From assembly GCA_034112325.1 (NCBI GenBank), contig JAWUVO010000025.1, forward strand, positions 1,324-65,323: a stretch of 64,000 nucleotides of DNA, read 5' to 3'. The notes under the pieces are model-generated. The model saw nothing but the letters and a program-made list of their open reading frames with translations. It did not search any database and was not told the DNA's origin. A program made the translations under genes and the position numbers. Below, piece after piece: positions 9,069-18,757 of the stretch. The DNA comes from Bermanella sp. (lineage in GTDB: Bacteria > Pseudomonadota > Gammaproteobacteria > Pseudomonadales > Oceanobacteraceae). The number at the start of each line of letters is the position of its first letter. Position 1 is the first letter of the stretch.

Positions 9069-10565
9069 TTACAGAGAATTTACAAAATCAACTAATTGCT
9101 GTCGTTGAGGTTTAAGCAAATTAATGAAGTTATTTTTTATCGCTTCGGCTTCACCGCCGTGCCATAGAATCGCTTCTTCAACAGTGTTGGCCCGGCCATC
9201 ATGCAGAAGTGATGTGCTACCACTAACGGCTTTCATTACACCTAAGCCCCAAAGTGGTGGGGTTCTCCATTCAGAGCCTGTTGCTAAAAAGTCAGATCTT
9301 CCATCACTAAGTTCAGAACCCATATCATGCAGTAAAAAATCGCTGTAAGGCCATATTTGTTGATTGCCTAAGTGTGGCTGCTGGTTACTTTTAGCGGTGG
9401 TAAAACTTGGGTTATGACATGCACTGCATTGCAGTTGATAGAATAATTCTCGTCCTGCTAGGTTATGTTCGGTTGATGTGTTGGTACGTTTTAACGGTGC
9501 TAAGTTTCGATTAAAGTTAACCACCATATCCAATAACTGTCTCGAAAGTTCAACACCTTTTTCATCGTTTCCCGTTACTTGATTATTACAGTTGGTTTGC
9601 AATGGTGTACACGGCTGAGAAGGAAAGAGCGGGTTGCTAATGCCTAGGTCATTTGCAAAAGCCGCGGCCACTGTCATGGTAAGTGTTGGTTTATTACTTT
9701 TAAGTCCAAACCGTCCTGGGCGTATTTGATTTAACTGGGTATCCCATACTTGGTTTACTCTTCCAGATATGCCATTTGAATCACCATCATTTTCATCGCT
9801 GAGTTCATCGATATCCGATTGTGTAATTAATTCAATTAATCCCATGCCATGGATACTGGGTGCGACTCGTAAACTTAATAGTGTATCTTTACCAATTGGC
9901 CCATAGGCAAGGTTATTAAATTTAATAGTCGGTTTTCTGAGTATTATTTTAGATCCATCTGGGTAGCTAAAAGGGACTTCAGACCAGCTGATATTTGCAT
10001 AGGCTTCGGGAGCTACATTATGCTCTAGATTCTGGCCTGGAGTATTGTCAAAATGAGAATGCCTTAGTTGATGAGCTAGGGAAATTGATTGGGTTTGGAT
10101 TTGATCACCATAATATGGGTGAGGCACTTCAGCATTGGTTTGGTTTTTATCAGGAATGCTAATTCTAATTAGTGCGCTGATACTTAATGGCTCTGATATT
10201 AAAGATTCAGGGGTGTTAGATATTCGGCCTTTCCCTCCCTTTATATGACAAGCCATGCAGGTTCTTGCATTATAAATAGGGCCTAGTCCATCTCGAGCCG
10301 AGGTCACTGTGGGTGCTTTTACCCAAGGCTGTCGAGCTAATGCTTTTCCAGCATGAAACATAGGTTTTAAATCAACAGGTAAATTATTAGCGGGCTTTTC
10401 TAGGCTAGGGAATGGACGTGGCGATGCCGATGTTGCGCCGCCAGCTAATGCTTCGGCTGAATCATATTTAGGAATTTTTTTAGCCAAGTTTGAATCAATA
10501 TCACTGCAAGCCGTTAGAGTAATGCAGGCTGAAAGGCTTAAGTTTATTAGTAATACAATGCGCAA
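9069..10565 (-). CDS. Di-haem oxidoreductase (DHOR, putative peroxidase) lipoprotein
   Basis: DGLGP, CMACH and CSACH haem motifs, WRTPPLWGLG, LHDGRA, AILWHGGEA. Confidence 0.92.
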   Translation of the reverse strand: MRIVLLINLSLSACITLTACSDIDSNLAKKIPKYDSAEALAGGATSASPRPFPSLEKPANNLPVDLKPMFHAGKALARQPWVKAPTVTSARDGLGPIYNARTCMACHIKGGKGRISNTPESLISEPLSISALIRISIPDKNQTNAEVPHPYYGDQIQTQSISLAHQLRHSHFDNTPGQNLEHNVAPEAYANISWSEVPFSYPDGSKIILRKPTIKFNNLAYGPIGKDTLLSLRVAPSIHGMGLIELITQSDIDELSDENDGDSNGISGRVNQVWDTQLNQIRPGRFGLKSNKPTLTMTVAAAFANDLGISNPLFPSQPCTPLQTNCNNQVTGNDEKGVELSRQLLDMVVNFNRNLAPLKRTNTSTEHNLAGRELFYQLQCSACHNPSFTTAKSNQQPHLGNQQIWPYSDFLLHDMGSELSDGRSDFLATGSEWRTPPLWGLGVMKAVSGSTSLLHDGRANTVEEAILWHGGEAEAIKNNFINLLKPQRQQLVDFVNSL

Positions 10566-10589
10566 TTTGTGTATTCCGTAACCGGCACA

Positions 10590-10610
10590 AAGCCGAGCTA
10601 AGCTCGGCTT
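10590..10610 (-). terminator. Intra-operon hairpin after the imelysin gene
   Basis: AAGCCGAGCT-A-AGCTCGGCTT. Confidence 0.5.
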
Positions 10611-10654
10611 GTACTAAAGTTTAATAATTAAAACGAACTGTTACTATCTAACCG

Positions 10655-12106
10655 TTAACAGCCAGCAGTTGGAGTAGACGTATCGCAGTCGGAAGCGTCT
10701 GCATCTACTACGTCACCTAGACCAAGCTGTTGTGCAATATCATTAATTAAATTGGCTTGTGAATTTAACGATACAATGGTTTTGGCAACATCACCGGTAG
10801 CATCTAAAGTTTGAATTAATACGTCAAACGGCGAGCCGTTTCGAGCGCTAGTATCAATGGCTGTGTAGTTAGTTTTTGTTAAGCTTAGAGCGCTAGCAAC
10901 TTGTACACTTAAAGAGTTTAAGCCTGCATCTTTTAGGTAGTCATCGATACCGTAACCGCTCACCGAACTTGTGGTTATGTTATCAACACCGTCTTGGGTG
11001 CTGTCATAACCAGCGTATTCACCATAAAAGCTATTAGCAACACCTTCAGCGTTTAGCCAAATATCACGGTGCGTGTTGTCTGAAAAACAAGAGTGTTCGT
11101 CTTCTTGAGAGTTATTAACTAGGGCAATTTGCATGCGCTCCCCGGCCAGCTCTCCTTCAGATAACGTTCCCATGCCAGTTAGGATCTCGGTTAACTTTTG
11201 TTTGGCTTGTGCGGTATTAGCAACGGTTGTGAATTGATCGCGGTAGTTACCGACTACATTATCTTCCCAGCCATTAAGTACACCTTCTAAATCAGCTATT
11301 AATTTCTCTACTGCGATGTCTAAAAAGGCATGGCGACGAACGGCGGTATCTGTCATGTCGGTTTGATTATTTACATCTAAGTATTCAAAGTCGGTGATAG
11401 GGCGTTGACCACCAGCGGATGTTGAATTGTTGGCATTTTCACGATCAGTTCCGTTTGTGGTCGTTTGGTCGGTAATATTTAGATCTTGCCCCCAAAGCAT
11501 AAATTCAATGGCGTGGTAACCAGCAATTACATCGTGTTCATCATCTGCTGTGGCGGTATTTGCTAGAAGTGCAGAGTCGATAGTGATATTTGTATTAGCA
11601 ATAATATTGTCAGTAACCGTTAAACCATCGACTGCACCATTACTATTAACATTTACGGCGTTAGTCGTAACTCCCACTTGGTCGGCGGTAAAGTCAGTTG
11701 CATTTGTTTCAACATAATCGATTAATGCTTCGCCTAATGGCCATGCATTTATATCGCCTTCTGGACCGTCTTCAGTTAAGTAGTCAGATGAGTCGATTGG
11801 GCTATTACGAAAACGATAAACTTCAGTTTGCCCGTAAGGTTCACGTGACACTAACCACGCTTTTTTAGCGGCTATTAAATTTTCATTGTTTGGATTTGCT
11901 TTGAAGTTAGCTAACGCGGTCTGCAGTAGCTTAGCGGTGGCCAGTGAATCTGAGTATGCAGCAAAAGCAATATCAGCGTTGGTATCTACTACCTTTTGAA
12001 CATTATCGATGTTTATGGCCGCTGAATTATTGTCGCTGCTTCCACTGCCGCATGCGATTAATAAAGAGCTTAGTGCAATGGCAGAGGCTATTTGAGTTAA
12101 CTTCAT
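10655..12106 (-). CDS. Imelysin / IrpA-type iron-regulated lipoprotein (M75 family)
   Basis: Lipobox LIAC; INAWPL, GYHAIE (GxHxxE), GELAGERM, EDEHSCFSDNT; start re-called at MKLTQ after RBS AAGGAAAG. Confidence 0.92.
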   Translation of the reverse strand: MKLTQIASAIALSSLLIACGSGSSDNNSAAINIDNVQKVVDTNADIAFAAYSDSLATAKLLQTALANFKANPNNENLIAAKKAWLVSREPYGQTEVYRFRNSPIDSSDYLTEDGPEGDINAWPLGEALIDYVETNATDFTADQVGVTTNAVNVNSNGAVDGLTVTDNIIANTNITIDSALLANTATADDEHDVIAGYHAIEFMLWGQDLNITDQTTTNGTDRENANNSTSAGGQRPITDFEYLDVNNQTDMTDTAVRRHAFLDIAVEKLIADLEGVLNGWEDNVVGNYRDQFTTVANTAQAKQKLTEILTGMGTLSEGELAGERMQIALVNNSQEDEHSCFSDNTHRDIWLNAEGVANSFYGEYAGYDSTQDGVDNITTSSVSGYGIDDYLKDAGLNSLSVQVASALSLTKTNYTAIDTSARNGSPFDVLIQTLDATGDVAKTIVSLNSQANLINDIAQQLGLGDVVDADASDCDTSTPTAGC

Positions 12107-12190
12107 TGATCTTTCCTTGGTATTTAAAATAATTAGCCTTTCGAGATACGTTGTATGTCGGTTAGCAGAAAGTCCGACCACATTAATCTA

Positions 12191-12238
12191 AATGATAATG
12201 ATTTGCAATAGCGTAAGCTATTGAGAGTGATTATCATT
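12191..12238. promoter_or_regulatory. Two Fur boxes in inverted orientation in a divergent promoter
   Basis: AATGATAATGATTTGCAAT (12191-12209) and ATTGAGAGTGATTATCATT (12220-12238) resemble GATAATGATAATCATTATC. Confidence 0.8.
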
Positions 12239-12277
12239 TCAATATTAGTATTTGTGTAGTAACATTCTGTTTTTCAC

Positions 12278-13543
12278 ATGAACAGTCGATACAAGTTAAT
12301 GTCTCAAACTATTATTTCAGCGATTATATTTTTTACTTTAGTGGGGTGTGGCAGTTCATCTAATGAAACTGTTACTACAAAAGCTGAATTAGGCGAGTTA
12401 ATATTTTCAGATAAAAACCTCTCCTTTAATCGCACTCAATCTTGTTCAACCTGCCATCAACCTAATAATGGCTTTGTCGACTCAAGAGAAAATAACGCTA
12501 GCATTAATGGTTTATCAGCGGCCGCTTCATTAGGCGATAACGGCTTTTCGATTGGTGATAGGAATGCGCCTACTGCGGCTTATGCTGCATTTACTCCTGA
12601 ATTTACCAACACCACACGAGAGCGGATTGGTGATCAAGGTGATAACGGCGATTACACAGGATATGTAGGTGGTCAGTTTTGGGACGGCAGGGCATTAAAC
12701 TTAACAGATCAAGCGGGCGGTCCTCCTATAAACTCTGTCGAAATGGGCATGGCCAGTAAAGCAGATACGGTTGATCGCTTACGAGAGAATGATGACTACC
12801 TGCAAAAATTTACTAGGATATATGGTGCTGATATTTTTGATGATCCTAATCTAGCTTATTTAGCAATGACAGAAGTGATCGCTGAATTTGAAAAAACTGA
12901 TCAATTTTCTCCTTACGACTCTAAATATGATCGCTCGTTAACTGGTGATTATAATTATTCAGTTATTTCAAAAGCGTCGGTTGGTAAAACTTTATTCTTT
13001 TCCTCTGATTTTAACTGTGCATCTTGCCACCAATTAAAACCTAGGGGTCAGTCTCAAGAATTATTTAGCGGTTTTGAATATCATAATTTAGGCGTGCCTG
13101 AAAATACTAATCTTAGAAGCTTTAACGGTGCTTTAGGCCCAGATCTAGGGTTATTTAATAACGCTGCCGTGGCTGGCGATACTAATCAAAAAGGTAAGTT
13201 TAAAACTCCCACATTACGCAATGTAGCGGTAACTGCACCTTATATGCATAACGGTGTTTTTCAATCTATAGAAGCCGTATTAAGCTTTTACCAACACGCA
13301 AAAATGAGGGCCAGTAAAATTAATAATAGCGCTTTAATAAATAATGTAATTAATCCAGAAACAGGTGTTACTTTTTTAGACCCTGAAGTAAATGAAAATA
13401 TTAGTCATGATTTATTAAGTGCCAGTGATAACGATTTAACACCACAAATAATCGAACAATTTGAATGTTTTTTATTATCGTTAACCGATCAACGCTATGA
13501 AAGCTTGTTAGACCCAATAAAAATTTCAGAATGCGGCCTTTAG
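12278..13543 (+). CDS. Di-haem cytochrome c peroxidase/MauG-family lipoprotein
   Basis: Lipobox LVGC; CSTCH and CASCH; RNAPT, QFWDGRA, GKFKTPTLRNVAVTAPYMHNG. Confidence 0.92.
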   Translation: MNSRYKLMSQTIISAIIFFTLVGCGSSSNETVTTKAELGELIFSDKNLSFNRTQSCSTCHQPNNGFVDSRENNASINGLSAAASLGDNGFSIGDRNAPTAAYAAFTPEFTNTTRERIGDQGDNGDYTGYVGGQFWDGRALNLTDQAGGPPINSVEMGMASKADTVDRLRENDDYLQKFTRIYGADIFDDPNLAYLAMTEVIAEFEKTDQFSPYDSKYDRSLTGDYNYSVISKASVGKTLFFSSDFNCASCHQLKPRGQSQELFSGFEYHNLGVPENTNLRSFNGALGPDLGLFNNAAVAGDTNQKGKFKTPTLRNVAVTAPYMHNGVFQSIEAVLSFYQHAKMRASKINNSALINNVINPETGVTFLDPEVNENISHDLLSASDNDLTPQIIEQFECFLLSLTDQRYESLLDPIKISECGL

Positions 13544-13591
13544 TGCTGGTCTAGTATTTTAGATAACTATTATTTAAGTGTAAGGAATGAA

Positions 13592-15811
13592 GTGTTAGTG
13601 AAAACCTATTTTTACTTTGTTAGTTTTTTAGCCGTAACTATCTCAATGCAAAGTCACGATATAATGGCTGAAGAAAATGCCATTGATCTTAATAAAGTTT
13701 ATATTACAGGCGGTGCAGATCAGCGTTTAACTCAGCCAGGATCTGCCACTTTAATCGATAGTCTTGCCTTAGAAAAGTTTGAATACACAGATATTAACCG
13801 TGTATTAAATGCCGTGCCTGGTGTCAATATTCAAGAAGAAGACGGTTATGGTTTGCGTCCAAATATTGGATTACGGGGTACTTCGCCTGAACGCAGCAAA
13901 AAAATTACTATTATGGAAGACGGTATATTAACTGGGCCTGCACCTTACTCGGCACCTGCTGCCTATTATTTTCCTAATATTTCTCGTATGAGTGCTGTAG
14001 AGGTATTTAAAGGCCCTTCGACTATTCAATATGGTCCAGCCACCATAGGTGGTGCCATAAACTTGCTAAGCCGTACTATGCCTTACAATTCAGAGGGCGA
14101 ATTAGATGTTCAGTATGGCAGCGACAATTTTCAACGAATAAATATTTATCAAGGTCAGCAAGTTGAAAATTTTGGATATTTAGTTGAAGTGTTGCGAGTC
14201 AGTGCTGATGGATTTAAAGAGCTTGATAACAGTGGCGATACTGGATTTGTTAAAAACGATTTCAACCTTAAAACTAGTTGGCAGGTTATGGGCGAGGTTA
14301 ACCATCAATTTCAGCTTAAGATTGGTTATGCCGATGAAACATCTGACGAAACGTATTTAGGGCTAACACTAGATGATTTTAATATGACCCCTAAAAGGCG
14401 TTATGCCGCCTCGTCTTTAGATTTATCGGAATGGGTTCACCAGCAATATCAGTTTACTCACAAGGCTGAATTATCGTTGGCTGATTATTCAACAGGAACT
14501 GTTACAACAGATGTTTATCATAATAAATTTGATCGTGATTGGTTTAAAGTTAATGGCTTTAATTCAAGCACAGTTTCAATTGACGATGTACTTAAGTCTC
14601 CAAGTTTATATCAATCTTATTACAACGTTTTAACTGGCTCTGTAGCCAGTTCAAATATTGAAGAGCAATTGGCTATTGGTAATAACGCACGTGAGTACGT
14701 GTCAGAAGGTATTCAATCTAAGGTTAATATGCCGATTGATTTTGGCGCGGTAGGTAACGAGGTTGAAGTAGGGGTGCGCTTGCATAGAGATAACGTTAAG
14801 CGACACCATACAGAGCAAAATTACTCTATGTTAAATAATGGTGAATTAGTACCTATAGAAGGCAGCTTTAAAACTACAACTACTAATTCAGATGAAGCCA
14901 CTGCAGTGGCCGTTTATATACAAAATGAAATGCAAATAGATGATACTAAAATCACATTCGGTGTGCGTCACGAAGAGATTAAAACCACAAAGATCGTTTA
15001 TGGTAACTTATCTGGTATTAAAGAATCAGAGCAGCTGTTAAAGCAATCCATTACATTACCAGGAGTAGGAATTTATAATCAAGTATCTAAGTCGTTAGGT
15101 GTCTTGGCTGGTGTGTACCAAGGTTTTACAGCGGCCACAGCCGGTAACGGTAATGTTGAACCTGAGCAAAGTACTAACTATGAAATAGGCTTGCGCTACA
15201 CCGAGCATGGGCCGTTAGAAGTTATCGGTTTTTTGAACGATTACAGCCAGTTCAGCGGCACCTGCAGTTTTTCTCAGGGAACCTGTGATACATCCAATAC
15301 CGGCGAGCAAACCAATGCAGGCAGTGCGTTTGTTTATGGCATAGAAGCAAGCTGGTCAAATGAAGCGGTTGTTGCAGACATTAAAATACCTCTAGCATTA
15401 ACGTACACCTACAGTTACGGAGAGTTCGCAGAAGAGTTTACCGATGCCACTGGTGTGTTTGGAGAGCAGGGGCAGGTAATAGAAGCTGGTTATCAAATCG
15501 CTTATTTACCTGAACATAGGCTTAATCTTCAAGCGGGTATGCAGTTCGATCGCTGGGACGTTAATGTTTCTATGCTGTATCAATCAGATATGCGTAATAC
15601 ACCAGGAGAAAATAATATAGATGCTGCCGACAAGGTTCCTGCTTACACAGTGTTTGATCTATCGGCTAAGTATAGATTAGCTGCGAACTGTCAGCTTTAT
15701 ATGGCTATGGATAACGCTTTAGGCAAACAATATATTGTTGCAGCTAAACCCTACGGATATCGCCCAGGTAAGCCTAGATCTATTAACCTTGGTGTTAAAT
15801 ATCAGTTTTAG
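13592..15811 (+). CDS. TonB-dependent receptor (FecA-like)
   Basis: Plug motifs PGVNIQEEDGYGLRPNIGLRG and VEVFKGP; C-terminal YQF. Confidence 0.93.
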   Translation: MLVKTYFYFVSFLAVTISMQSHDIMAEENAIDLNKVYITGGADQRLTQPGSATLIDSLALEKFEYTDINRVLNAVPGVNIQEEDGYGLRPNIGLRGTSPERSKKITIMEDGILTGPAPYSAPAAYYFPNISRMSAVEVFKGPSTIQYGPATIGGAINLLSRTMPYNSEGELDVQYGSDNFQRINIYQGQQVENFGYLVEVLRVSADGFKELDNSGDTGFVKNDFNLKTSWQVMGEVNHQFQLKIGYADETSDETYLGLTLDDFNMTPKRRYAASSLDLSEWVHQQYQFTHKAELSLADYSTGTVTTDVYHNKFDRDWFKVNGFNSSTVSIDDVLKSPSLYQSYYNVLTGSVASSNIEEQLAIGNNAREYVSEGIQSKVNMPIDFGAVGNEVEVGVRLHRDNVKRHHTEQNYSMLNNGELVPIEGSFKTTTTNSDEATAVAVYIQNEMQIDDTKITFGVRHEEIKTTKIVYGNLSGIKESEQLLKQSITLPGVGIYNQVSKSLGVLAGVYQGFTAATAGNGNVEPEQSTNYEIGLRYTEHGPLEVIGFLNDYSQFSGTCSFSQGTCDTSNTGEQTNAGSAFVYGIEASWSNEAVVADIKIPLALTYTYSYGEFAEEFTDATGVFGEQGQVIEAGYQIAYLPEHRLNLQAGMQFDRWDVNVSMLYQSDMRNTPGENNIDAADKVPAYTVFDLSAKYRLAANCQLYMAMDNALGKQYIVAAKPYGYRPGKPRSINLGVKYQF

Positions 15812-15943
15812 ATGGAGTTCAATGGTCGGATTTAATTTATATACACTGTTCCATAAGCATTACCCACTTAACCTAGTAAAACGCTAGGTTATTCGTTAAA
15901 ATGTGCCCAGTTTCCAGTTAATATGATGATTGAGAGAGTGCTT

Positions 15944-16270
15944 ATGTCTGAGATTATTGAACAAATTAAAGAACAAATCGAATCAAATACCGTGCTTCTA
16001 TATATGAAAGGCAACCCGAATCAACCTCAGTGTGGTTTTTCGGCTCGTACGGTTTCTGCATTAATGGAATGCGGTAAGCGCTTTGCTTACGTTGATATTC
16101 TGTCTAACCCAGATGTTCGTGCAAATTTACCAGCATTCGCTAACTGGCCAACATTCCCTCAGTTATGGGTTAACGGCGAATTAGTCGGAGGTTGTGACAT
16201 AGTGACTGAAATGGCTGAAAACGGTGAACTTAAAACTCTTATTGATGCAGCTATTCCAGACGAAGCTTAA
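15944..16270 (+). CDS. grxD: Monothiol glutaredoxin Grx4
   Basis: CGFS, WPTFPQL, GGCD. Confidence 0.96.
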   Translation: MSEIIEQIKEQIESNTVLLYMKGNPNQPQCGFSARTVSALMECGKRFAYVDILSNPDVRANLPAFANWPTFPQLWVNGELVGGCDIVTEMAENGELKTLIDAAIPDEA

Positions 16271-16304
16271 TAGTAGGCTTTTGAAGCCAGTTATAGTCAA
16301 AATT

Positions 16305-16331
16305 AAAGCCAGCTTACGCTGGCTTTTTTTT
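16305..16331 (+). terminator. Rho-independent terminator of grxD
   Basis: AAAGCCAGC-TTAC-GCTGGCTTT followed by a T run. Confidence 0.85.
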
Positions 16332-16458
16332 GTCTAAGTTATTGTTTTTAATAAGAATATTACCTAATTTAGCGTCAATTTTGTCGACTGTAATATAATT
16401 GTCATATTTCAAATGTACCCTGCGCTTACATTCGCAGTTACCTAAGTATGGAAATTTA

Positions 16459-17892
16459 ATGGCTATAAAAATAACACTTTTCATTATTTTAATAAGTCAA
16501 ATATTGGGCCTAGCTCATGCATCTAAATATGAAAAAGATATTCGATTACAAGCATCTTTAAGCCAAATACTAATGGAGCCTGAACCTTTTCAAACTATCC
16601 AGAATAATAACCCTGTAGTAACGTTATTTACCATTCACGGTTCAAATACAATTGGGGCAAGCCTAGGGCCAAAATTGGCCATCTCTTATTTAAAAGCCAA
16701 AGGTGCTGTTAACGTCACTAATCAGCCTAGCTCAATCGAAAATGAGAAAATTATTACAGGTGAATTGATTCGACAGGGTAAAACAATTCAAATAAAAATA
16801 GAGGCTCATGGCTCGAGTACAGGGTTTAAAGGTTTAGATAACGGAGATGCTGAAATTTGGGCGTCTTCGCGTCCAGTAAAAGATAAAGAAGTTAACAAAC
16901 TTATTAATCAGTATGATTTACGCTCCCATGAATCAGAACATATTTTAGGCATAGATGGCTTAGCCATAGTTGTAAATCCAGAAAACCCAATAAATAGATT
17001 AAGCAAAGAACAGCTGGGTCAGGTTTTTTCTGGACAGGTAATTAATTGGTCACAGCTTGGTGGTTATGACCAAAAAATAAATTTATACGCACGAGATCAA
17101 AACTCGGGTACTTGGGACAGTTTTAAAAACATGGTACTAAGTAAAACACTTAAACTAAGTGATAGTGCTCAGCGTTTTGAATCAAGTAGCCAGTTAGCTA
17201 ATCGAGTAACGGCTGATAAGGGTGGCATTGGTTTTATTGGTATGGCGTTTGTTGGTAAAAATAAGCTATTGGCTATCAGTGACGGCCCTGCACAAGCCTT
17301 TAAACCAAGTGAAATGACAGTGGCTACAGAAGATTACGCATTATCGAGAAGGTTATTTTTTTATACTAAAGGTATTTCAAATAATAAATATGTAAATGAA
17401 TTCATGAATTATGCACAAGGCGTGTACGGACAAAATATTGTTAAAACAGAAGGGGTTGTTTCTCAAAATGTAATCTCTACAGGTATGGAACTTGATAAGT
17501 CACTGCCAAAAGATTATTTAGACTTAGTAGAGGGTGCTAAAAGGCTTAGCATTAATTTTAGGTTTAAAGAGGGCAGTGCCAAGTTAGACAATAAATCTAA
17601 AATTGATATTTTAAGATTAGTTTATTTCTTGAATCAGCAAGGTCAAGATTTAAAATTATCTGATAATTTTGAAAAACCTAACGTTATGTTAATTGGATTT
17701 GGTGACAAAAGGAAAAATTCACAACGTTCAAAATTATTATCAAAGTTAAGAGCTATGGCAATAAGACGTGAGCTGGCACGCCTAGGAATTCATCCAAAAG
17801 TAACGACTGGTTATGGAGATTTCAATCCAGTTGCAGGGTTTCTTGGAAAAAGCGGGCTTAAGAATCGTCGAGTTGAAGTCTGGGTTAAATAA
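16459..17892 (+). CDS. PstS-like phosphate-binding domain fused to OmpA-like peptidoglycan-binding domain
   Basis: HGSNTIG, HGSSTGF, SSRP, RDQNSGTW; C-terminal LSKLRA...NRRVEVW. Confidence 0.88.
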   Translation: MAIKITLFIILISQILGLAHASKYEKDIRLQASLSQILMEPEPFQTIQNNNPVVTLFTIHGSNTIGASLGPKLAISYLKAKGAVNVTNQPSSIENEKIITGELIRQGKTIQIKIEAHGSSTGFKGLDNGDAEIWASSRPVKDKEVNKLINQYDLRSHESEHILGIDGLAIVVNPENPINRLSKEQLGQVFSGQVINWSQLGGYDQKINLYARDQNSGTWDSFKNMVLSKTLKLSDSAQRFESSSQLANRVTADKGGIGFIGMAFVGKNKLLAISDGPAQAFKPSEMTVATEDYALSRRLFFYTKGISNNKYVNEFMNYAQGVYGQNIVKTEGVVSQNVISTGMELDKSLPKDYLDLVEGAKRLSINFRFKEGSAKLDNKSKIDILRLVYFLNQQGQDLKLSDNFEKPNVMLIGFGDKRKNSQRSKLLSKLRAMAIRRELARLGIHPKVTTGYGDFNPVAGFLGKSGLKNRRVEVWVK

Positions 17893-17944
17893 CTCCACTG
17901 TGACTATCAAGTATTAGTATCCACTCTTAACAAATCGTGTCTTC

Positions 17945-18334
17945 CTACTTTAAGGTAGGAAGCCTATAAATATAAAACGTCACACACAGCCCTATTAACA
18001 AAAGCACTAATTTCCCCCATATAATGGGCACTACTAACCAAGCAGATAGCCCCATACTTAACCAGATTAAACAAATAGTGACGATTTTGGCTCTTTTAGG
18101 AATCCCAGTTCCGTTTAAGTAAGGCAATATATAACTACCCAGCTTTGGATGTGCAATTAGCCATTGATAAAAGCTAGGGCTAGATCGTACAAAGCATGCC
18201 GCTGCCAACAGTAAAAAAGGCGTGGTTGGCAGTAAAGGAAGAAAAATACCCGCCACTCCTAGTACTACTGAAATACAGCCTAAAGTCATCAATATCCATT
18301 TCATAAACGTGTTTTTATGAGTCTTTTGTTCCAC
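17945..18334 (-). CDS. ybaN: YbaN/DUF454 inner membrane protein
   Basis: GIFLPLLPTTPFLLLAAACFVRSS; GTG start after AGAGG. Confidence 0.85.
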   Translation of the reverse strand: MEQKTHKNTFMKWILMTLGCISVVLGVAGIFLPLLPTTPFLLLAAACFVRSSPSFYQWLIAHPKLGSYILPYLNGTGIPKRAKIVTICLIWLSMGLSAWLVVPIIWGKLVLLLIGLCVTFYIYRLPTLK

Positions 18335-18452
18335 ATTTTCCTCTGTCTTATCGGTAAGGCACAATATTGATGAAAAAATTTAACCGTTGTTGAAGCAAAA
18401 TCCAACATAACAACTATTCTACTATTATAAGAACTTAAATAAAGGTTTAGTA

Positions 18453-18755
18453 ATGTCTAATGTAACCACAACTCAACAGGGGCAGGATGTAACAATTTCT
18501 GTTACTGGGCGCTTCGATTTTAATATTCTGCAATTATTCCGTGATGCCTATAGTGATCATGGGGATAGTTCTTTTAATTTCTTCTTAGATCTCTCACAAA
18601 CAGAGTATATCGACAGCAGTGCCTTAGGAATGTTATTAAATATGAAGAATCATCTAGGTGCTGAGGATTGCGCTATTGTGATTAAAAACTGTCAGCCAAA
18701 TTTGATGAAAATATTTTCTATTGCCCATTTTGATAAGAAATTCGCGTTTAAATAA
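18453..18755 (+). CDS. STAS anti-sigma factor antagonist (HsbA-like)
   Basis: GRFDF and YIDSSALGMLL with the phosphorylatable Ser. Confidence 0.9.
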   Translation: MSNVTTTQQGQDVTISVTGRFDFNILQLFRDAYSDHGDSSFNFFLDLSQTEYIDSSALGMLLNMKNHLGAEDCAIVIKNCQPNLMKIFSIAHFDKKFAFK

Positions 18756-18757
18756 AT

